DNA of 58,986 nucleotides, filler included, from Thelocarpon superellum (Eukaryota): NCBI GenBank assembly GCA_026025795.1. It is 2 parts of 2 records of this genome, joined end to end, with 100 filler letters (N's around TTAATTAATTAA, not from the genome) between each part and the next. Parts side by side here need not be neighbours in the genome. Positions count along the whole stretch, not along the records: positions 29,561 to 58,986 come from JAPEUG010000222.1; 1 more part is not named here. One strand, 5' to 3'. Shown piece by piece: positions 50,093 to 58,986 of this stretch (position 1 is its first letter; each line of letters starts with the position of its first letter). The notes under the pieces were generated by a model. It saw only the letters and a program-made list of their open reading frames with translations, ran no database searches and was not told where the DNA came from. The position numbers and the translations under genes were made by a program.

Positions 50093-50459
50093 CGTGTGTA
50101 AGTGCAGGAGGAAGTTGTGTGTGCTGAGTTGTCTGCTATGAGTCTAAACCAGGAATGGTGTCGATGGCGTTCTTGTAAGAATACCCATGTTGCCGATATG
50201 TACTTCTTCTCGGAAGCGCTCCCGAACTTTTCTGGAGCTCGCTCGAGATTTGATGATGTGCACGACTCTCGCGTACGCTAGACTTGTTTAGGATGATGGA
50301 TGGGATCCCTCTCAACGTCCGAATAGAGGCTGGATCATGTAGCTGCCAGGTACGCGACCCTTCATTCTCAAGATCTCGAGGGGCATTTGAAAGTGTCCTT
50401 TGCAGAATGCGGTGCCGAATCCATTCCTAACACCACTCCAGATAGAGGCGGATCCCGCC

Positions 50460-51443
50460 ATGGCGTCGAACGATTATCAAGCTCCAGACCTAGCTTCAGT
50501 TCTCAAGACGCTGGCACAATACGCTCCTTCCGCTACTCTTCCAGCAGCGACTGGAGTATCCTTGCGGCGACAAGACCAAGAGGTCCCGGCTCAATTTCCC
50601 ATCCGAAGATCCGATGCGTCTTCAGCAGCCAGGGGTCCGTCAGCAGCTCCACCTTCGCATGCCAAACCAGTCGATCCTCGGACCATACTAGAGTGGTCGG
50701 CGGGACTTCAACATGTTATGAGGGCCGTAGCTAGGAACGAGGCTGCTCTTTCGGGGATTCGAAAGGTATGTCAGGAGACATGTCCTGTGCGTGCATGCCT
50801 GGATAGTTGCTCGATTTCCCCTACCCGTATATGCTCATGGAGAGGCTGAGATCCTGACAGATGATCTCAGTCCAGCGTGAGCACGAGAAGCAGTGGTATG
50901 TCATCGGAAGTACCGGATGGGTGCGAATGATTCTGATACTTTCAAAAGGTGGGCGGGGCGGGAGGCCCTGTTGAGGAAACAAGAAGCTAGGGTAGCGGGC
51001 AGGGAGCAGCTCAACAGCGTGCTGTAAGTCTTGTTTCGTCTCTCCTGTACTTGTACCGCCCTCTGAACATGTTTCCGCACAGACTCGCAGTAGTGGGCAA
51101 AGCACATCTCTCTCCAGCATCACCGGCAAGTAAAGGAAGGAATCAAATCTTGCGAGGATCTGAGCGACGCTGATGAATACGCCCCAAGACATCCGACGAA
51201 GACGCGCGAGAAATCCGGACATACGACACCAAGGTTCATCAGGCGTCAAAGGAGATGATCAGGGGAATGACGGCGGAGCTGGTCGCGATGGGCGTGCCGT
51301 TCTTCGGGACACCGGAACGATTGATTAGGAAGAAGGAGCCGCCGTCTGAGGGCAACAACGCTGCCGAGGGCATCGATGAGACGGCGCTGGTCACGTTACA
51401 AAGAAGAATGCTGGAGTTGTTGGAGGATTTGTGTAGGGAGTAG
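50460..51443 (+). CDS. DUF2458-like hypothetical protein
   Basis: PDLASVLKTLA, VDPRTILEWSAGL.HVM, MIS.Q..HEKQWW.GREAL, L..MGVPFFG and LQRRMLELLEDLC; multi-exon. Confidence 0.7.
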
Positions 51444-51745
51444 GGAGTAGGGAGCAGGCTTGATTAATACTCGTATACATAAGCCGCGAGCCTTCCTTTT
51501 CCAAATAAGTTCCTCCATCATGCACACCCAAAGCGATAATGAGGGTAAGTAAACTCATGCAGCGTCGCTCCATCGCAATGCGATTCCATGCTTCCTTCCA
51601 GGTGCTTTGATGAGCCGCCCGCCGAAGTGTCGCTACTGGAACGAAGTATAGGTGGCGGAACGAGAGAGTGATGTAATCAAGGAGATGACTCGGCCGAGCT
51701 GCCAGGCATGTCTGCAGGAGGGCTTCCTATAGTAAACACCCAGGT

Positions 51746-54216
51746 TCAGCGACGGTCGGAGGATGCTCGAAAAACATACTGACCGTGAAGGAGGTCTTCC
51801 AGCACTTGCCGAGGCATGTCTGGCATTTCATCACCCTGCACGCCGTCATCAGCGGGCGGGCTGGTACCGATCACCATCAAACTTACTTGATGTTTCAACA
51901 GGTTGCTCACGAGGATGAGAGCATTCTCACGATCCACCTGCTTCATCTCCGCAGACCCTGCTTGCTCTGCGGCAGGAATCTCCGAGGGCGGGTGCTCGCC
52001 GGCCGGCGTGCCGCTGACGGATTTTCCCGTCACCACCTCAACCAGAGGACGTAAAGTATCCATCAACGACATGGCTTCATTCACAGGGCCTGCGCCTTCC
52101 TTGGTGCTGGCCATGAGTGCGCAGGCAAACCAGCCCTCGGACCGGATGGGCGCCCATTTGCTGTAGCACGCCGCGGTGACAATGGGCCGTGCAACGTCGG
52201 GATGCAGCGCGTACAGACGATGAAGGACTCCCTGGACCTCGTCACGCGGTGCGTCAAGCTGTGACGAGTGAAGCAGGCGACACATGGCGGCGAGGGTGCG
52301 TGCAACCTCCGTCTTGGTAGGCCACTGGTCAGATTTGTCGCACAGGAGGAGGAGCAGCGAGAGATAGGTCCTGGCGTGTGCGGGCGAGTCCGGATCCGGA
52401 GAGAGTGGCGTCAAGAGGCGCTGAATGTTCTCGTATGAGCCGCTCACCACCTGTCGGGCGAGACTGGCTCCGGCATATTGGCCCTGTGGCAAGGTATCCA
52501 TCGACCAAAGGCGACTGAGCACCTCGATGAGCCCGGCTTGGCCCAAGAGGTCCTTGTTGGCGGGAGAGAGCGCGAGGTTTTTCAGGAAGCTTGTCACGGC
52601 GTGAATGACGCGTCCGTCGTCGCTGTTGCGCAGTAGCTCAATCAAGGCGTGCTGGATGTGAAACTCGTGCACCATGACGCGGCAGGCCTCGTCCGAGCGT
52701 GCCAGGTTCCCGAGCATGACACACGCGCACACCTGAAGCTGTGCCTGCGGCACGGACAGCCACATCCTGAGAGAGCCAACAAGAGGGGAGTCAAGCGGAT
52801 ACACTCGACCGAAGTCGGGCAGGGCGGAAACATCAGAGAGCGCTTGGACCAGCTGGTTCCGCGTCGCGCCCAGGAGGAGTTCTTCCTCGGCTGACAAAGG
52901 TTGATCGGACGGTGGCAAATTCGTAAGGTCGGTCGCGGAGTAGTCTTTGACGTCGGGAGTAGAGGGACGTGAGTAGGATTTGACCAGACTCCGGAGCGCT
53001 AGCTTGAGGGACTGATTGGCCAAAAGGTGCTGCTGAAAGCGGACCGTCGCGAGGTGCACGATGGCCGCGTTGATCAGCGCCACCATGTCGTCGAGGTCGC
53101 CATCGACGTCGAGCGCGAGCTGCAATAGCGTTTCCGCCGCGCTGTCCGGGGATTGCGCCACACCGGGTGCTACACATCGGTCAGTCACCGCTGCCGAGAA
53201 GAGGGGGCAGGGACTCTCACGACTAGCAACCACGAGCTCTAGCACACGACAGGTGTAGCCAAGAAGGGCCTTGTCGGTCCGGGCGGCGCATCCCTCGTCG
53301 CTCAAGAGGGTCATCAGCCGTGGCACCAGACCCTTCTCCGCTGCATTTTTCTGCGCCGGCTCTCTCTTGGCGTCAGCGAGGGCAGTGAGTTCTGCGAGTC
53401 AGTTTCCGCTCACCATAGTCGAAGCAGATGTTGTAGAGGACCGGAATGGCAACGTAGACGAGCGACGGGTCGTCGAGCTGCTTGATGATGGACGGTAGGT
53501 GGTCCTGAGTGACGACCCGTGACCGGTTCTCGTCTACCTACGTCGTCAGTCGTCCGTCGCGGGAGGGAAACGGGACCGCTGACCGTTTTCAGCGCAGCAA
53601 TTGCCCACCAACCGGAGCGAATGGACCATCTGTTCATGGGGCAGGCCTGGCGTCGCGAGCATGACGAAGAACAGATCCAAGACGCCGGATTCACCACAAG
53701 GACCTCGCCAGTCCGCTACCGCGGGTCAGAGGGGGGTCGTCTCGAAAGGGGTTACTTGACCCTACGATCGCGACTTCCGTCGGCCAACGCTTCAGAGGCT
53801 CGGGGAAGAAAGACAGATCTTGATTGCCATAACTGATCCATGATCCGCTTCACGTCCTTCATGGCATCACTCCGCCGTGGCGCGCCCGGCGCCGTCGACC
53901 CATACCCCGTCAAGGCATGCCGTTCGCCAAGTCCGAGGTCGGTACCGGCTTCCTCGGCGCGGCGGAAGATGGCCTCGAGAGTAGTGAGCATCTTTTCCTG
54001 CTGTGTGACTGACGGCGTGGCGGTGCTTGGCGAGGTTGGGAGTCGATGAGCAAGCCCCACCGTCTGTTCGTGGTCAAGATGGGCAATGATGCGGTCCCTA
54101 CCGATGACGTCTGAATGAGAAGGAGTAGAGGGTTCCTGAGAGTCCTCTGCAGGACCAGAAATGGAGAGGCTATGGAGCTGCCCAAGCGGAATCGGGGGGA
54201 GCTGTGTGGACGCCAT
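51746..54216 (-). CDS. ARM-repeat GDP dissociation stimulator (SmgGDS/RAP1GDS1-like)
   Basis: LADGSRD, LR.VGNCCA.., CVMLGNLARSDEAC, FLKNLAL...NK..LG, IRSEGWFA.ALMA and DRENALILV; several introns. Confidence 0.75.
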
Positions 54217-56054
54217 GGCCAGTGACGGAGGTATTGGAGCATTTATATCCACCACGGCGTCGATATTGGACGCGGACGCTCGGAAAGCCAGCCAAGGTTG
54301 TGCGTGTGCACAACACGTGAGGCCCGACGGAACAACACCGCACCGCGTGCCGTGCCTGATGCGGTGACGACAGCACTGGGCCTCGCAGCTGCAGGCCCGA
54401 GGGTGGCGTACGATAGCCGTCAAGCTCCGGGCTCGTAGCCTGGACCGCGACTAGGTCGAGCAGCGGAGGCAGCCGGGCGAGGGCGGGAGGCGGGTAGCGA
54501 AGGGTCCAGCGGGTCCGGCAATTAGATGGTCGGACATGTCCTCCGCTCCATCACACTTCCTCACTACGAGTATTAATTCGATCTGGTCGGCGGGAGCGAC
54601 GCTGGAGCGCTCCAGGCGTAGCGGTGTGGATTGCGGCGGGCGGCCACAGTATTGACCGATGCTCGCTAGGATTCCTTGGAGACCGGCAGACAGTCGCCGA
54701 CTTTCCGACGCTAGGCATCGGGCCTTATCGGCCAGGCCAGCACGCCCTATCCGCCTGTCTAACGGCCGCAGACCAACTTCACCGTCCTCCCCGCCACACA
54801 TCTTCCCACCTTCTCTCTTCGATCGCACGACTCCTGCTGGGATGACGGATGATGGATGACGAGAATCACCCATGATACTTTGCTGGTGCTTGCCTAATTC
54901 CCTGTCCTGGTCGTGATTCGACTCGTCAGGCTTGGTGAACTTGACCGCCCCGTGCCCTAAACCTCCGTCCCCACGCTGCCAGGTTGGCCTACAGCAGCCT
55001 GTCACTCGCGTCTCTCGCCCCCACCATTCCCCGTTTTGGCGTCCGAGCGTCGTAACTCGATCGCGCTGATACATTTGCGAGTGCGAATCAGATTTTGGCC
55101 TAGGCTTCCGATGCACAACGTTCTGCATGTGGATGAGTGCTCTTCCTTGCGTATGGACGACGCCAGCTGCGTCGTCACCGAATAATCTGCCCATCTAGCC
55201 GAGTCGAAGCCACGGAATTTCAAGTACTTGCATCGGCTGCTGCCTGATTACGCCACTCCGGCGACGAGCGATTGGCTTTTTGGTGGATGGAGTAGCTCTG
55301 GCCTCCGCGTGGACGGGCTCTCGAATCAGTACTCGTCGACGTGGATGAACAATGCGGCGAGGGCCTTAGTAATACGGCCCAGGCCGCCGTAGTGAACGTT
55401 GCGAAGGCTTGGGCCAGGGATCTGCAAGGAACCAAACTCTTAGGGCGACTTCGCTTGCAACGTCGACATGGACGCGGGAGTCATCATCTTTCATCATCCT
55501 GTCAAGCCCAGCCCGTGATTTGCATGAACCCTCGTAGCTCCAATGACTCAGCTCTGTTCCCATCGGCCCGCGCGTAACTTCACCGCTCGGAAGGCTCTAC
55601 TGGATTTGCCACTGGGCGAATTGTCGCCCAGTCGGCGTCGCCGAAGGCCGATGGACACGGATCGTCGATGGGTCAGGGTTGCAGAGGAGGCACTGCAACA
55701 TCCCTCGTGGGTTCGGAATCTTCCTGGGATGCCCCGGGTCGGGCACTTCAAGCTCCGACGACGTTTTGGGGCGCATATTCGGCGAAACGTTCTTCCACGC
55801 CAGGCGGTTTGGCGGGCGATTGACCGGCCAGCACCCAGCCAGCGTCACGTGTGTGCCGCGTCGACCTAAGCGGAAAACTGCACGCAACGCACGTAACCCA
55901 GGAACTCAGCCTACGGTTCGGTCGACTGCAAGAGGAGCAACACAGGCTACACTCTCATCGTCCAAGCATCCTCCGAGTCCCCGCATCCCCTTAATTTCTA
56001 CTCGTCGGACTTATCCGCTCCCGACTCGCTCTACCACGAGAGCCGGAGCCAGCC

Positions 56055-56512
56055 ATGACGCGGGCACAACAAACCATCTCCATTGGCTTGCTCCTCTCAT
56101 CTGTAAGCTTGAGTCCATCGCATCGTTCGCGTGGCATGTTAGGGCCAGAGACTAAGCGCCTCTCCACTCCTTCTAGCTCTATCTCGCATGCTATCTACAG
56201 CTGATTCCCTTCTCTGCCAAAGTGCAGGACGAGATCATCCCAGTGGTACGTGAGTTGAGGCCCGGCGGCTTCCCCTGTCTTCCCCATCACCCTCCCTAGT
56301 GTCCCTCTCCCCGGCGGACGTACATGCTCACGGATGATATGTTCCCGTAGCTCCCTTTCTGGGCCTTGGTCTCCTTCGGCGCCTACCTCCTCTTCCGATT
56401 GGGCCTAGGCGTGGTCACGTTCAACGATGTGCCTGAAGCACACGCCGAGCTGATGAAGGAGATTGACATTGCGAGAAAAGAGCTCAAGGCGAAAGGCATC
56501 GACGTGGACTGA
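56055..56512 (+). CDS. DPM3: Dolichol-phosphate mannosyltransferase subunit 3 (92 aa); not in ORF track
   Basis: Exons 56055-56102, 56177-56245 and 56351-56512: MTRAQQTISIGLLLSS|LYLACYLQLIPFSAKVQDEIIPV|LPFWALVSFGAYLLFRLGLGVVTFNDVPEAHAELMKEIDIARKELKAKGIDVD*. Confidence 0.93.
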
Positions 56513-56644
56513 TTGAGTGGCATCTGTGGGGCACGGGGACTGCTAGCATGTACGAGTAGTCGGTGGTGGAGGTACTTCAAGGGCTCAACATCCGGGGATC
56601 TGAACGAGGTATAAGAACTTGTAGATACTTGGATAATAAGGGGA

Positions 56645-57556
56645 CTATCCGCCAGCCGCGTCTTCGCGACGATGTCGATTCCTCAGCCTCTTTTCCGTCT
56701 TCATAAACTCTAAGATGCCCACGGGCAGGCCCTTGAAGAGGTCATCGCCCGTGCTTGGAAGGTCCAGGTCGGCGGTCCAGTTAGTCTCGCTCCCGCCGCC
56801 ATCATCATCCGTGATGGCGGGAGGTGCCGCGCCGGTGCCGCTGAGATCTTCCATCATTAAGCCAGTGCCCTGCCCTTTCCGTCGCATCTCTTGCATCCTG
56901 GTCCGGGCCAGGTTGGTCTTAGCGGCCCACTCCTCCAGCTCGTCCCGATAGCGATCCCACACGCAGTTGACGCAGCCTGACATGCAACAATTATCCGGTT
57001 CCGAGGGACGTGGGGGCACCAGCACCCCAGCAACGTTCCTCGACGACTCGACCACCGCTGCCCGCCGCTCCGCTGGCCCCGCCAGGCGAGAACCAAAGAC
57101 GACGCGCGCCTTGGCAATGCGGGCTTGCTTATCTCCGTCGCCATTACCGCCATTCTTTCCATGGTCCGTCTTGGACGCCGGTGGGGTGGACGATTGCGTG
57201 ACAGGGGAGGCCGGGGCATGGGTGGCATTCAAGGGGGTTTGCTGGAGCAGCACTAGCAGCAGTCGTCCTGTCAGCGATTGATCGACAGACCCATACGACT
57301 GTGGGCCGGAAGGAAGTAGCGCACGTTGATAGTATCCCTCGAGCGGCTGAGCTTGATGCTCGTCGCCGCCGTGATAGGGTGCGTCCTTTGCCACTCCATT
57401 CGTGCTAGACCACGGACGCCGATGTGGAAGACAGCATCCATGCTGACGACAGCGGGTGTGGCGAGGCCTGGGCGAGTTTGCTATGGCCGCACCTTCCAGC
57501 GACCGTGTCCAGTTCAAGGATGTCCATCGAGGGAGACATTTGACCAGAGATGCCAT
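56645..57556 (-). CDS. Oxidoreductase-like N-terminal domain protein (OXLD1-like), probably mitochondrial
   Basis: Motifs VFGSRLAGP, AGVLVPPRPSEPDNCCMSGCVNCVWDRY and PVGILEFMKTEKRL; Arg-rich presequence-like N-terminus; probable in-frame intron near 57255-57325. Confidence 0.85.
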   Translation of the reverse strand: MASLVKCLPRWTSLNWTRSLEGAAIANSPRPRHTRCRQHGCCLPHRRPWSSTNGVAKDAPYHGGDEHQAQPLEGYYQRALLPSGPQSYGSVDQSLTGRLLLVLLQQTPLNATHAPASPVTQSSTPPASKTDHGKNGGNGDGDKQARIAKARVVFGSRLAGPAERRAAVVESSRNVAGVLVPPRPSEPDNCCMSGCVNCVWDRYRDELEEWAAKTNLARTRMQEMRRKGQGTGLMMEDLSGTGAAPPAITDDDGGGSETNWTADLDLPSTGDDLFKGLPVGILEFMKTEKRLRNRHRREDAAGG

Positions 57557-57770
57557 GGACTAAGCAATCGCCGAACCATCTTGCGCTCGGTGCGTGGAGG
57601 CGATGTTGACTGAGGGCGAATGGCGCACGATGCCGGCTGGACTTCATGCAGACTGGTGCTTGACGTCGAAGCCGCCGATTAGCGCGCTCGAACGTCCGCC
57701 ATGTGACTTCGCCCTCCCTATCGCCGCCACTTGATTGATAATCCTGCACCCTTCCTTCTCACCACTTGTC

Positions 57771-57855
57771 CCTTGCTCAGAGGACAGCAGAGCATAGTCC
57801 TTGCTCAGAGGACAGTAGAGCATAGTCCTTGCTCAGAGGACAGTAGAGCATAGTC
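57771..57855 (+). repeat. 28-bp tandem repeat, 3 copies (CCTTGCTCAGAGGACAGYAGAGCATAGT)
   Basis: Copies start at 57771, 57799 and 57827; one C/T difference; no spacers. Confidence 0.9.
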
Positions 57856-58986
57856 GTCGATCTTCGTTCCCAATCCTAATCTGTCCGATCGCATTGGCAC
57901 GCAGCGACCAACCACCGCCACTTCCTGGCCGTGCTACGGCTGAGAGCTGCAGTCGTATGGCCTGCGATGCACTGAACGTCAATCGCAGCTTCTACGGTTG
58001 CCCCTACATACTTCGTGATAGATTGGTGATTGTACGCCGACTGTGCTGAATATAAACTTCCTGACTGGCATCTCCTGACTTCGCCGTCTCCCAAATCGCT
58101 TGCAGTCCTGTGCGTACGCCCGGATCATGGTGTAGGATTGCGCGAGACACCAAGGCCCAACCACCAGTCCTCCAAAGCCCGTTTCTTTCATCGCGGCAGG
58201 TCTTGGCTACATCTCAAGAGACGGCTCCTATGAAACTACTAGTCCCCAGCACCACAAAGAGGTGCATGCCAAGCTGGGGATTTCACACGCCCGAGTCGCG
58301 AATAATCTCCGGTCTCTTACCCGGCAATTTCACCCTCGGGCAAGGTTGTGAATTAGCAAAGTGATCGGATACTCAAGACGTCTGCGACTCGTGCATCTTT
58401 GAACAGCATCTCCATGCATGCCGGTTCCCATCATGAGCCCCCTCGTTTACGTGTGCGTCCTTTGCGGTAATGGGATTCAAACTCGTCATCCCCGTCTTCC
58501 GCCATGGTTGAGCAACTCTCGCGCCGCCCGCTTTGGCAATGTCGCTCCGGCCTTGACAAGCATGGGGCTTCGCGAGGATGAATATGACGACTTCATAGCC
58601 GCGCCGTCCGACGCAGCAATGCGTCACGATGATGAGCGGTACATTGTGTCCGACCGTGACGAGTTCTTGCCGATGTGGGGACCACCAGACGTACCAGGGC
58701 ATGGCCATGTCTTCCACGATGCGTGTTGGTGCGTTCTGACGGAGCTTCTCTATCCGCGGCCGGTACCGGTAGCGCATGTGGTCGAATTGTGCCGGTCTTA
58801 TCCGGGCCACTTCCGCTTTCTTAGCTTGGGCCACAACTATGGAGGTACGGTCCGAATGTTTCGAGACCACGGCTTTCCCTGGAACGACTCGACTGATAGC
58901 AGCATCCACCGCTACATAACTATATGCAGAGTGTTCATGGAGCGGACCGTTTCGGTCTCCGTTGCTCTCGCGCGCATCGGCGTGTC

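Noticed and set aside
54451..55194. 247-aa - strand ORF and neighbouring short ORFs
   Set aside because: No motifs, composition typical of random GC-rich frames, and it lies in the divergent promoter region between the ARM gene and DPM3.
57771..57855. 28-bp repeats of CRISPR-like length
   Set aside because: No spacers, no cas genes and a eukaryotic context; it is a simple tandem repeat.
58373..58909. 178-aa - strand ORF at the window end
   Set aside because: Non-ATG start and no recognisable family; it could be an exon or relic but cannot be supported from this window.

Overview
Compact, GC-rich, intron-containing filamentous ascomycete (Pezizomycotina-like) DNA with about 26 protein-coding loci. 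Most are split by short GT-AG introns with CTAAC/CTGAC branch sites, so the ORF track shows only fragments. Housekeeping genes dominate: THUMP/Tan1-like, Spt10-like GNAT, AMMECR1, Argonaute (QDE-2-like), RNA14, ASF1, SRO7/tomosyn, TSR3, GGA adaptor, UBC6, SAM50, YIP1, Tyr-type DAHP synthase, COX14-like, DUF2458-like, SmgGDS-like ARM protein, DPM3 and an OXLD1-like protein. An artificial 100-bp N linker (29461-29560) truncates two genes. Main observations: (i) a 90-aa spliced secreted protein absent from the ORF track, built from two 'PxMxxxxGDVVPFDP' repeats separated by a dibasic RR site (candidate Kex2-processed peptide precursor); (ii) a decayed gene with an amyloid-like N-terminal motif, a HeLo-like helical domain and ankyrin repeats (candidate fungal immune/cell-death protein), next to a Ser-rich adhesin-like gene with five Cys repeats; (iii) a possible internal promoter and in-frame ATG in the unusually long first Argonaute intron, which would give an isoform lacking the RGG N-terminus. 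Family assignments come from motif recognition by eye; no database searches were run.
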